In this document: positions 9,442 to 18,082 of the stretch, in pieces
Numbering within the stretch: position 1 is the first letter of the stretch
Layout: each line of letters starts with the position of its first letter
Source: Gemmatimonadales bacterium
GTDB lineage: Bacteria > Gemmatimonadota > Gemmatimonadetes > Gemmatimonadales > GWC2-71-9
Reading direction: 5' to 3'
Assembly: GCA_041577295.1 (NCBI GenBank)
Contig: JBFGJG010000001.1
Span: forward strand, 32,001-96,000
Length of the DNA: 64,000 nt
Translations under genes and position numbers: made by a program
Notes under the pieces: generated by a model
Told to the model about the DNA's origin: nothing
What the model saw: only the letters and a program-made list of their open reading frames with translations
Database searches by the model: none

Positions 9442-9922
9442 GCCCCACCCCGGTATCGCCGCTCGGCAGCGCTCGTGCCTCGAGCTCGGTTGGGAAATCC
9501 CACAGCTGCGCGGCCACAAACGCTTCCGCGGCAGCGAGGAGGTGATTGAAGCCCCACAGGACCGCCCAGTCCTGCACTTCCTGTCTTTTCTCGGCAACGG
9601 TCTCCGCACCCGTGTCCTCCTGATAGTGCAGCTGGTGGATCGACTTGAAGGTCATAGTGACCGTGATCCCCTCCCAAAAAATGAACGCCGCGCCGGTGAC
9701 GCGACGTCCCAGGATGGCCTGCCCCCACCCTGGCAGCAGCAGTGAGCGCCACATCGCCCCCAACGGTGAGACCGGAGGTTGAATTCGGAACTGTGGGACC
9801 TTGATGGTGTCTCGCGGCGAGGGCTGACGCTGGGGCGGTGGCTGCGGAACCTGCGCGGTGATAGTAACAGGCGCCCCGAGCAGGAGGGCGAGAAAACAGC
9901 AGGTCCAGCCGGGCCACCGCAC
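9422..9922 (-). CDS. Hypothetical exported/membrane protein (DUF5683-like)
   Basis: Signal peptide, then AMWRSLLLPGWGQ motif. Confidence 0.6.
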   Translation of the reverse strand: MRWPGWTCCFLALLLGAPVTITAQVPQPPPQRQPSPRDTIKVPQFRIQPPVSPLGAMWRSLLLPGWGQAILGRRVTGAAFIFWEGITVTMTFKSIHQLHYQEDTGAETVAEKRQEVQDWAVLWGFNHLLAAAEAFVAAQLWDFPTELEARALPSGDTGVGLRVYWD

Positions 9923-10018
9923 CCCGCGTGAGGTTTGAGGACTGGCGCGTCTGCCGCGTTGCCAGCTCACCGCTAACTGCTCACGAGGAGAGGGGCGCAC
10001 GTGTGGGGAGTGTTGTAC

Positions 10019-10115
10019 TGGCGGGAGCGTGTGGGAATCGAACCCACCGGAGCCGCCTCAGGCGCCTCCCAACGGTTTTGAAGACCGTGCAGGCCACCAG
10101 ACCCAATCCGCTCCC
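10019..10115 (-). tRNA. selC: tRNA-Sec (anticodon UCA)
   Basis: Minus strand GGGAGCGG-AT-TGGGTC TGGT GGCCTG-C-ACGGT CTTCAAA ACCGT-long variable arm-GTGGG TTCGATT CCCAC-ACGCTCCC-GCCA. 97 nt, 6-bp D stem with 4-nt loop, 8/5 register, encoded CCA. Confidence 0.95.
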
Positions 10116-10127
10116 CTGCCGTGCGGC

Positions 10128-10505
10128 TCATGCGCGGACGGCGATAGCATCGATCTCGACCTTCACGTTCTTTGGCAAGCCTGCCGCTTGCACCGTCGAC
10201 CGTGCAGGCCGATGCGAACCAAAGTGACGGCCGTAGACCTCGTTCATCTTGGGGAAATCGGCCATGCTCGAAAGATAGACAGTCGTCTTGACCACCCGCG
10301 ACAGGCTACTGCCCGCCGCCGTGAGGACGGCCGCTAGGTTTTTCATGACCTGCTCGGTCTGGACGACCACATCATCTGCTACGACCTCCATGGTCGCCGG
10401 ATCCAACGCAATCTGCCCAGCAGTGAATACAAGATCGCCCGTAACGATGGCCTGACTGTACGGACCGATGGCCTCGGGTGCCTTTTTTGTGGCGACGACA
10501 TCCAT
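10128..10505 (-). CDS. ridA: RidA family enamine/imine deaminase
   Basis: APEAIGPYSQA, MNEVY, PARS and VEIDAIA motifs. Confidence 0.93.
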   Translation of the reverse strand: MDVVATKKAPEAIGPYSQAIVTGDLVFTAGQIALDPATMEVVADDVVVQTEQVMKNLAAVLTAAGSSLSRVVKTTVYLSSMADFPKMNEVYGRHFGSHRPARSTVQAAGLPKNVKVEIDAIAVRA

Positions 10506-10521
10506 AGTGACTGTTCCCTCT

Positions 10522-12201
10522 CTAAAAGAGTCCTTCGATCGATCCATCCCCTCGTACCCGCATGCGTTCCGCGGCGGGCGTCTTACCCAATCCGGGCATG
10601 GTCATCACATCTCCGGTGAGCGCCACCACGAATCCTGCGCCAGCGGACGGATAAATCTCGCGGATCTTTAGCCGGAAGTCCGTCGGCGCGCCGAGTAGGG
10701 TGGGATCGTCGCTGAAGGAGTACTGCGTTTTGGCCATGCAGACCGGTGTTGCCGCCAAACCCGCATCGTCGAGCTGCTTGATGGCTCTTGAGGCTGCCGC
10801 ATCGTAATCGACGCCATCCGCACGATAGATCTCCTTCGCGATGGTGTCGATCTTCGCGACGACACTCTTCGTTTCGTCGTACAGCGGGTGGAAGTCAGCC
10901 TTGCCAGCATCGAGCATCTCGAGAATGGCTTCCGCGACGTCCATTCCACCCTCGCCACCTTTCTCCCATACCTCGCAGAGACCAAATCGCGCTTTGCGGG
11001 AGGCGCAGCCCCGTCGAACGACATCGATCTCTTCGTTGGTATCTAACACAAAGCGGTTGAGAGCGACCACGCTCGGCACGCCGAACTTGGCGACGTTTTC
11101 AATGTGCCGGGCGAGATTGGCAAATCCACGCTCCACGGCTGCGGGGTTTGGCGTCGTGAGCCGGTCCTTCGCTACTCCGCCATTCTGTTTGAGTGCACGG
11201 ACGGTGGCAACGATCACGGCCGCCTCGGGGCGCAGGCCGCCGACTCGTGCCTTGATGTTGAAGAACTTCTCGGCACCGAGATCGGCTCCAAACCCCGCCT
11301 CGGTCAGGACCACGTCGGCCAACTTCAGGGCGGTGTCCGTGGCGATCAGGGAGTTGCACCCGTGTGCGATGTTGCCGAACGGGCCGCAATGCACAATGGC
11401 GGGTCCACCTTCCAGCGTTTGCACCAGGTTGGGTTCGATCGCATCGCGCAGAAGCATCGTCATGGCCCCATGCGCTGCGAGCTGGTGCGCTCGGACGGGT
11501 GTCTTGTCAGCCGTGGTGCCAACGATGATGCGCCCCAAGCGCTCTTCGAGGTCATCGAGATCGCTGGCGAGGGCGAGGATGGCCATGATCTCGCTGGCTG
11601 GTGTGATGACAAAGCGTTCCTGACGAGGGACACCACCGAGGACCCCGCCGAGACCCACCACCACGTTGCGCAGCGCGCGGTCGTTCATGTCGATCGTGCG
11701 CGGCCACGTAATGCGCCGTTGATCGATGCCCAAGGCGTTGCCCTGATGCAGGTGATTGTCCAGGAGGGCCGACAGGAGGTTGTGCGCGCTCGTGATGGCG
11801 TGAAAGTCACCCGTGAAGTGCAGGTTGATGTCCTCCATAGGCACAACCTGCGCGTATCCTCCACCCGCCGCACCACCTTTGATGCCGAAGATCGGTCCTA
11901 GGCTGGGTTCGCGGAGGCACACGATGGCGTTGTGTCCCATGCGGCGGAGCGCCTGCGTGACGCCGACGGTAACGGTCGACTTCCCCTCACCCGCCGACGT
12001 CGGGTTGATCCCGGTGACGAGCACGAGTCGACCACGTCGTGGTTGGTCTGCGATTCGTCGATGATGGATCTTGGCTTTGTACGCGCCGTATTGGACCAGG
12101 TCCTTGGCCTCGAGGCCGAGGTCGCCGGCCACGTCTACGATGGGTCGCAAGGTTGCGGACTGCGCGATATCGATGTCGGAGGGAATTTTTGTCGTCGTCA
12201 T
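10522..12201 (-). CDS. fhs: Formate--tetrahydrofolate ligase
   Basis: SDIDIAQ, GEGKST, GIKGGAAGGGY, TEAGFGADLGAEKF and MTMPGL motifs. Confidence 0.97.
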   Translation of the reverse strand: MTTTKIPSDIDIAQSATLRPIVDVAGDLGLEAKDLVQYGAYKAKIHHRRIADQPRRGRLVLVTGINPTSAGEGKSTVTVGVTQALRRMGHNAIVCLREPSLGPIFGIKGGAAGGGYAQVVPMEDINLHFTGDFHAITSAHNLLSALLDNHLHQGNALGIDQRRITWPRTIDMNDRALRNVVVGLGGVLGGVPRQERFVITPASEIMAILALASDLDDLEERLGRIIVGTTADKTPVRAHQLAAHGAMTMLLRDAIEPNLVQTLEGGPAIVHCGPFGNIAHGCNSLIATDTALKLADVVLTEAGFGADLGAEKFFNIKARVGGLRPEAAVIVATVRALKQNGGVAKDRLTTPNPAAVERGFANLARHIENVAKFGVPSVVALNRFVLDTNEEIDVVRRGCASRKARFGLCEVWEKGGEGGMDVAEAILEMLDAGKADFHPLYDETKSVVAKIDTIAKEIYRADGVDYDAAASRAIKQLDDAGLAATPVCMAKTQYSFSDDPTLLGAPTDFRLKIREIYPSAGAGFVVALTGDVMTMPGLGKTPAAERMRVRGDGSIEGLF

Positions 12202-12977
12202 TCGGGAACAGATACGGGTTGGAGTACCCGCGGGCCGAAACAGCGCGCGGCATTCGCGGTCGTGACGGTGGCTACGTCGTCGAAGGTCGTCTGTCGCATC
12301 TCCGCCAGGCGATCGGCGACGTGGCGCACGAACAGCGGCTCGTTCCGTTTACCGCGATGGGGAACCGGTGCCAGGTATGGTGCGTCGGTTTCCACGAGAA
12401 GGCGGTCCTTGGGCACACTCGTGACGGCGTGGGCATCGGTCCAGGAGCGGAACGTGACCATGCCACTGAAGGAGACGTACGCTCCTTTCGCGAGCGCAAC
12501 CTCGAGCACTTCGGGTCCTGAACTGAACGAATGCAGGACGAGCTGACACTCGGCAGCTCGCAGCATCGCGCTCATATCGGCATCGGCTTCCCGCGCGTGA
12601 ATGACGATGGGAAGCTGTCGTTGCGCGGCGAGGTCCAACTGGGCCTCGAACGCGCGTCGCTGCGCCTCACGCGGTGAGTGGTCGTAGTGGTAATCGAGAC
12701 CCGCCTCGCCCACTGCCACGACGAGGGGATCCTGGGTGGCCGCCTCTATGCGGGCCCGGATCTCGGGGTTCCAGGATGATGCCTCATGCGGATGCACCCC
12801 GGCGGTTGCGGACAGGCCAAAGGTCTTGGCGTACTCGCGGACCCGGTCGGTGGTGTCTGCCGTGTCCGCAATCAGAATGACGTGCTGCACCCCCCCAGAC
12901 CGGGCACGCGCGACGACCGCCTCGCGATCCTCGGAAAAGCGGGCGTCAGCGAGATGACAGTGGGTATCGATGAGCAC
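12198..12977 (-). CDS. tatD: TatD family DNase
   Basis: LIDTHCHL, GVHPH, GEAGLDY, ETDAPYLAP and RNEP motifs; start set at GTG 12977. Confidence 0.93.
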   Translation of the reverse strand: MLIDTHCHLADARFSEDREAVVARARSGGVQHVILIADTADTTDRVREYAKTFGLSATAGVHPHEASSWNPEIRARIEAATQDPLVVAVGEAGLDYHYDHSPREAQRRAFEAQLDLAAQRQLPIVIHAREADADMSAMLRAAECQLVLHSFSSGPEVLEVALAKGAYVSFSGMVTFRSWTDAHAVTSVPKDRLLVETDAPYLAPVPHRGKRNEPLFVRHVADRLAEMRQTTFDDVATVTTANAARCFGPRVLQPVSVPE

Positions 12978-13000
12978 GCAGCGCGGGCGTGAATCTCTTG

Positions 13001-13969
13001 TCAGCCCGTCGCGGCGGCGCTGCGGGGCGTGATCGTCTTCGCTCCACGCACGTCCTGACCTGGCCACTTCTGCTCAATGGCCAACAGTACAGGCGACGCG
13101 ATGTAGATCGATGAGAACGTTCCCACGATGATCCCAAACGTCATGACCAACGCGAACCCCTGAATCACTCGGCCGCCAAATATCAGCAGCGAACCGGTGG
13201 CGACGAGCGTCGATACCCCAGTGAGAAGCGTCCGGGGAAGCGTTTCGTTGACGCTACGGTTGAGAATCTCGTACAGGTTCTGCCGCTTGTACTTGTGCAG
13301 GTTCTCCCGCACGCGGTCGAACACCACGATCGTGTCGTTGAGGGAGTACCCGACGATGGTCAACACCGCCGCGATCACGACCAGCGATATCTCGAGATTC
13401 AGGATGGAAATGAACGCCACCCCGGCCAGAATATCGTGAGCGGTGGCAGCGACTGCGGCGATGCCAAAGCGCCATTCGAAACGAAATGCCAGGTAAATCA
13501 GTGTCACCCCAAAGGACAGCACGATGGCGAGCAACGCCTTCTGACGGAGTTCGCCGCCCACCTTGGGTCCAACGGCCTCCGTCCGCGCTACCTCGTAGCT
13601 GCCCTCACCGAACGCATTGGCCAATGCCCCGCTGACAGCGGCGGCGGTCTCGTCGGTCGCCTCTTCTCCCGCCCGCGACCGCGCCTGCAGTCGTGCACGA
13701 ATCACGAACTCGTTCGCAGCGCCGAAGGTCTGGATCTCGGGACCCTCGATTCCGGCCGCGACGAGCGTGCTACGGATGCTGGCAGTCGTGATGGCTGAGT
13801 CCCGCGCCTCGATTTGAATGAGCGTGCCACCGGTAAACTCGATGCTCTCATTGAGGCCGCGAAACGCTAAGAGTAGAAGACCGGGAACCACGAGCGCCAG
13901 CGTCGCGATGTACGCGACCTTGCGGACAGCCAGGAAGTCGTATTGGGCGTTTGCAAAGATGCGGATCAT
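13001..13969 (-). CDS. secF: Protein translocase subunit SecF
   Basis: IEFTGG, VGPKVGGEL, GYSLNDTIVVFDRVREN; TGATG overlap with secD. Confidence 0.96.
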   Translation of the reverse strand: MIRIFANAQYDFLAVRKVAYIATLALVVPGLLLLAFRGLNESIEFTGGTLIQIEARDSAITTASIRSTLVAAGIEGPEIQTFGAANEFVIRARLQARSRAGEEATDETAAAVSGALANAFGEGSYEVARTEAVGPKVGGELRQKALLAIVLSFGVTLIYLAFRFEWRFGIAAVAATAHDILAGVAFISILNLEISLVVIAAVLTIVGYSLNDTIVVFDRVRENLHKYKRQNLYEILNRSVNETLPRTLLTGVSTLVATGSLLIFGGRVIQGFALVMTFGIIVGTFSSIYIASPVLLAIEQKWPGQDVRGAKTITPRSAAATG

Positions 13970-15621
13970 CAGATCGACAGTTCTTTCGTGGCCTGGCCTG
14001 TGTGGAGCCAAACAAGGAAGAGTGTGCGGGTGACGAACACCGCCGAGAGGAAGGACGCGAAGATCCCGACGATTAGCGTCACCGCGAACCCCTTGACCGG
14101 TCCCGTACCAAACTGGAAGAGAAACAGCGCCGTGAGCACGGTCGTAATGTTGGAGTCGATAATCGCGCGCATGGCGTGCTTGAAGCCGTCATCGACCGAA
14201 AGTCGGGTGGACTTGCCGTGTTGGAGCTCCTCCCGGATGCGCTCAAAGATGAGGACGTTCGCATCCACAGCCATTCCGATCGACAGTGCGAACCCCGCAA
14301 GCCCAGGGAGCGTCAGTGTGGCTCCAAACATCGCGAGCCCGCCCAGAGTGAAGAGGCCATAAAACATGAGGGCGACCACGGCGAGCAAACCCGAGAAGCG
14401 GTAATACGCGACGACCAGAAGAATAACCGCGATGCTTGCGATGATCGCTGCCTCGGTGCCTTGCGCGATCGAGTCACGTCCCAGACTCGGGCCCACGGTG
14501 CGCTCTTCGACAATCTGAATGGGCGCGGGGAGGGCGCCGGCGCGGAGGACAAGCGCCAGATCCTGGGCCTCTTGCAGGCTTGCGCTCCCCAGCTCGATCT
14601 GACCGCGGCGGCCGATCTGCGAGCGGATGACTGGCGGTTGCCGATGGACCCGGCCATCGAGCATGATCGCCATGTAGTCGTTGACGTGCCGGCCGGTCTC
14701 CCGCTGGAAGATGCGACCACCACCACGCGTCAGCTCAAACTGGACCACCGCTTGGTTGTTGATCTGGTCGAGCGTAGCGCGGGCATCGGACAGGTATTCG
14801 CCCGTGATGATAGGCCGCCGCTCCACCGCGTAGAGCGCGCGAAATGAGCGGGCGCCTTGCGATGTGGGCTCCATGGCCCAGACGAGTTCGAGACCGCGAG
14901 GCACGAGCCGTTGCACAACAGGGAGGCGCAAGAGGCTGTCCACCCGAGGGAAATCTTCCTCTGGGACCAGAAACTCCCCGGGCATGTTGCCGTTGAACAG
15001 GTTGGTGCTGAGGGGACCGGGCTGGTCGAGGGTGAAGGCCGCCGTGTCCGCAGCGGCCGAATCCTGGTCTGCGGCGGCAGCCGTGTCTGTACCGAGCAGC
15101 TCTTCCAGCTGGGTGCGCGGACCACCAGCGCCGGCAACGGGATCCCGCACTCCCGCTTCCACGAGCGCACGATCGATCTGCGGGAGCGCGTCGCGGAACT
15201 GCTGTTCCATGTCGACAATCCGAAACTCCAGGAACGCGGAACGTTGCACGATCTGCTTCGCACGCGCCGGGTCGTCCACGCCGGCGAGCTCGACGACGAT
15301 GCGCTCCTGCCCGACCTTCTGAATGAGCGGCTCGGCCACGCCGAACTCGTCGACCCGGGTTCGAATGACCGTGAGTGCCCGGTCCAACGCGTCCTCGCGG
15401 TCAACCGCGGTACCGGCGCTCTCGTCGATTTCCAGGGCGAGATGGATGCCGCCCCGCAGGTCGAGTCCCTGTTTCAAGGGGACCCGCTTGATGACGACAT
15501 CGCGCATACGCCCGTCAGCGTCACGCTCGCGTATCGTGACATCGCGTGGAATGAGCGACCAGGCGCTCAGCAACACGAGTCCGATAATGACCGCGAGACG
15601 TCCTTTGATGGTAGAGAGCAT
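13969..15621 (-). CDS. secD: Protein translocase subunit SecD
   Basis: GLDLRGG, LRAGALPAP, VGPSLG, GMAVDANVLIFERIREE. Confidence 0.96.
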   Translation of the reverse strand: MLSTIKGRLAVIIGLVLLSAWSLIPRDVTIRERDADGRMRDVVIKRVPLKQGLDLRGGIHLALEIDESAGTAVDREDALDRALTVIRTRVDEFGVAEPLIQKVGQERIVVELAGVDDPARAKQIVQRSAFLEFRIVDMEQQFRDALPQIDRALVEAGVRDPVAGAGGPRTQLEELLGTDTAAAADQDSAAADTAAFTLDQPGPLSTNLFNGNMPGEFLVPEEDFPRVDSLLRLPVVQRLVPRGLELVWAMEPTSQGARSFRALYAVERRPIITGEYLSDARATLDQINNQAVVQFELTRGGGRIFQRETGRHVNDYMAIMLDGRVHRQPPVIRSQIGRRGQIELGSASLQEAQDLALVLRAGALPAPIQIVEERTVGPSLGRDSIAQGTEAAIIASIAVILLVVAYYRFSGLLAVVALMFYGLFTLGGLAMFGATLTLPGLAGFALSIGMAVDANVLIFERIREELQHGKSTRLSVDDGFKHAMRAIIDSNITTVLTALFLFQFGTGPVKGFAVTLIVGIFASFLSAVFVTRTLFLVWLHTGQATKELSI

Positions 15622-15647
15622 GGTCAGAAGAATGCTTTCAAAAGGCC

Positions 15648-16580
15648 CTAATGACTAGTGGAGCCGCCCTGGCGTGTCAACGCGTCCCGAGCGGCGGTAA
15701 AGTCCTTGTCTAGCTGATGCTTGAGCGCGGCGGGAGACGGAAAGGTCATCACGTCGCGCAACCTGGCGATCCACGAGACCTTCACCTCACAACCATAGAG
15801 GTCCACTTCAGCGTCGATGAGATGGATCTCGAGTGACTGCTCCGTCTCATCGAACGTGGGTCGGGGTCCCTGATGCATCATCCCACCCGCCCTGCCTTTG
15901 GACCACTCGACGCTTACCGCATATACCCCATCCGGCGGCAAGAGCTTCCGCTTGTCCGGCACAACTAGGTTGATGGTACGGTACCCGATCTCGCGCCCAC
16001 GCCCCGCGCCGCGCGTGACCTGTGCGATCATGGAATACGGTCGTCCCAACAGGCGCCGAGTCGTCTCGAGATCTCCACCGCCGAGGGCGCGGCGGACGAG
16101 CGTGGAGGACACTGGCCGACTGTCCAGGTCCACCTCGGCAACGACGTCGACCGCGAAGCCGAGCTGGCTGCCTAGCTGCCGCACAAGCGCCACGTCACCG
16201 GCGCGCCCCTTTCCGAACCCGTGGTCGTACCCGATCACGAGCTCCCGCATGTGAAACCGCTCGAGCAGGAGCCGCACGAACGCTTCCGGACTGAACACCG
16301 ACAGCTCCTTGGTGAACGCGAGGAACACCACCACGTCCAACTCGCACTGAGCGAGAATCTCTCGCCGCTCGTTGCCCAGGGTAAGCAGGGGTGGAGCAGC
16401 TTGCGGATTGACGACTTCGAGTGGGTGTGGCTCGAACGTGACAAGGACGCTGCGTCTGTTCGCACGGGTAGCACGACGGGCGATCTCCTCGAGCACCTGG
16501 CGGTGCCCCAGGTGCACCCCGTCGTAGCTCCCAACCGTGACGACGGTTCCACGCCCGTCTTCGGGAAACGGTGGCCTCAT
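15648..16580 (-). CDS. ribF: Bifunctional riboflavin kinase/FAD synthetase
   Basis: YDGVHLGH, TFEPHP, SSTLVR, GRGREIGYRTIN. Confidence 0.94.
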   Translation of the reverse strand: MRPPFPEDGRGTVVTVGSYDGVHLGHRQVLEEIARRATRANRRSVLVTFEPHPLEVVNPQAAPPLLTLGNERREILAQCELDVVVFLAFTKELSVFSPEAFVRLLLERFHMRELVIGYDHGFGKGRAGDVALVRQLGSQLGFAVDVVAEVDLDSRPVSSTLVRRALGGGDLETTRRLLGRPYSMIAQVTRGAGRGREIGYRTINLVVPDKRKLLPPDGVYAVSVEWSKGRAGGMMHQGPRPTFDETEQSLEIHLIDAEVDLYGCEVKVSWIARLRDVMTFPSPAALKHQLDKDFTAARDALTRQGGSTSH

Positions 16581-17431
16581 CCCACGAGCACGACGCGTGG
16601 CTTCATCAGTCCATTGTGGGCATCCGCTACGGCGACGAGCTCGGCGTTCGCAACCAGGGCCACTGGGCCACCCGTCGTTGGCGGTCCCTCGACCGGCTGA
16701 CCGTGAGCGATCCGCTCCCTACCCACATCGTCAAGCGATAATTGTGGGAGATGGCGCACCGCCTCCAGCGGAGCCAGCAGTGCTGCCCGAGCGTCCGGGA
16801 GCTTCTCGGGTGTGAGCGCGTTCTCCACGCGAAATTCTCCAATGGCGATGCGACGAAGAGCGTGGAGATGGGCACCGCACCCCAACCGTTCGCCGAGGTC
16901 CCGTGCGAGGGCTCGCACGTAGGTCCCGCTGGTGACCTGTGTGGAGAACGGCACGCGGGGACCCACACGCTCTCCCAAGTCGAACCGCTTGACGTCGACG
17001 AGCACTGCCGACAGTGTTGGGGCCCGCCCTTCCCGCGCCAACTTGTAGGCGCGCTCACCACCAACCTTCTTGGCGGAAAACGCCGGAGGACGCTGCTCGT
17101 ATTTGCCGGTGAGGGTCCGTGCGGCGGCGGCAAGCGTATTGTCGGAAATCGTTTGCCAAGTGTCACTCGTGGTTACCACCGCCCCACTACGATCCTCCGT
17201 GTCGGTCGCTGCACCGAGCTCGATCACTCCGGTGTATTCCTTCGGCAATCCCACGAGAAACTGCGCCAAGCGTGTGGCCCGACCCACCAGCATGAGCAAC
17301 AGGCCGCTGGCGAACGGGTCGAGCGTGCCGGCGTGGCCCACGCGGCGGATGCCGAGAGCTTGCCGCACATGCGTGACCATGTCGTGCGAGGTCGGACCTT
17401 CCGGTTTGTCTACCAGGAGCAAGCCATCCAC
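16577..17431 (-). CDS. truB: tRNA pseudouridine(55) synthase
   Basis: DKPEGPTSHD, GHAGTLDPFASG, GTYVRALARDLG. Confidence 0.96.
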   Translation of the reverse strand: MDGLLLVDKPEGPTSHDMVTHVRQALGIRRVGHAGTLDPFASGLLLMLVGRATRLAQFLVGLPKEYTGVIELGAATDTEDRSGAVVTTSDTWQTISDNTLAAAARTLTGKYEQRPPAFSAKKVGGERAYKLAREGRAPTLSAVLVDVKRFDLGERVGPRVPFSTQVTSGTYVRALARDLGERLGCGAHLHALRRIAIGEFRVENALTPEKLPDARAALLAPLEAVRHLPQLSLDDVGRERIAHGQPVEGPPTTGGPVALVANAELVAVADAHNGLMKPRVVLVG

Positions 17432-17433
17432 GT

Positions 17434-17802
17434 TCAGGACTGCTCATCCTGCTTGAGCTGATCGAGGATGGCATCGATACGTGCGGCATGGTCGAGTCCG
17501 CGGTCGAGCACGAAGTGGAGCTCGGGAGTGGACCGGAGCGGGAGGTTCCGTGCGAGATGGGAGCGCAAGTAGCCGCGGGCGCTCGTGAGGCCCTCCATGG
17601 CGTTGGCTTTGGCGTCTTCGTCACCCATGACACTCACGCGAACTTTTGCGTGCGTTCCGTCACCCGACATGGTGACGCCCGTAATCGTCACAAACCCGAC
17701 CCGTGGGTCCTTGATTCCCCTGGTGAGCGCCTCGGCAAGCGCTTCCTGAACGAGCGCCGCGAGTCTCTCGGGGCGATGCGGTCGCTGGCGGGATCGTGTC
17801 AC
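17434..17802 (-). CDS. rbfA: Ribosome-binding factor A
   Basis: IKDPRVGFVTITGV, PELHFVLD; sits in the infB operon. Confidence 0.95.
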   Translation of the reverse strand: MTRSRQRPHRPERLAALVQEALAEALTRGIKDPRVGFVTITGVTMSGDGTHAKVRVSVMGDEDAKANAMEGLTSARGYLRSHLARNLPLRSTPELHFVLDRGLDHAARIDAILDQLKQDEQS

Positions 17803-18080
17803 AGGAGATTGGTGAAGGAGTCGACGATTCGGGCGAGTCCGTCACGCGCAACGAGGTCGTCGGCGGCGCTCAGCACCGACTCGACCTGGCGGCGGTCGCC
17901 TGCTACGACACAACACGCCAGTTCAGCCCGCTGCCATAGCTCGTGATGGTTCGTTTCAGACACAGACACGTTGAACCGACGGTGGAGCCGGTCTTTGAGG
18001 CTCTTCAGAATACGGCGCTTGTCTTTGAGGGACTGACAGCCGTTTAGATGCAGTTCCCAGACGCGCAGGCCGACGACCAC
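17799..18080 (-). CDS. DUF503 (YlxP) family protein
   Basis: SLKDKRRILKSLKDRL..FNVSVSE; usual position between infB and rbfA. Confidence 0.9.
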   Translation of the reverse strand: MVVGLRVWELHLNGCQSLKDKRRILKSLKDRLHRRFNVSVSETNHHELWQRAELACCVVAGDRRQVESVLSAADDLVARDGLARIVDSFTNLL

Positions 18081-18082
18081 AC

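Noticed and set aside
9923..10018. Possible genomic island integrated at selC
   Set aside because: No integrase, no duplicated tRNA 3' end and no obvious composition shift next to it.
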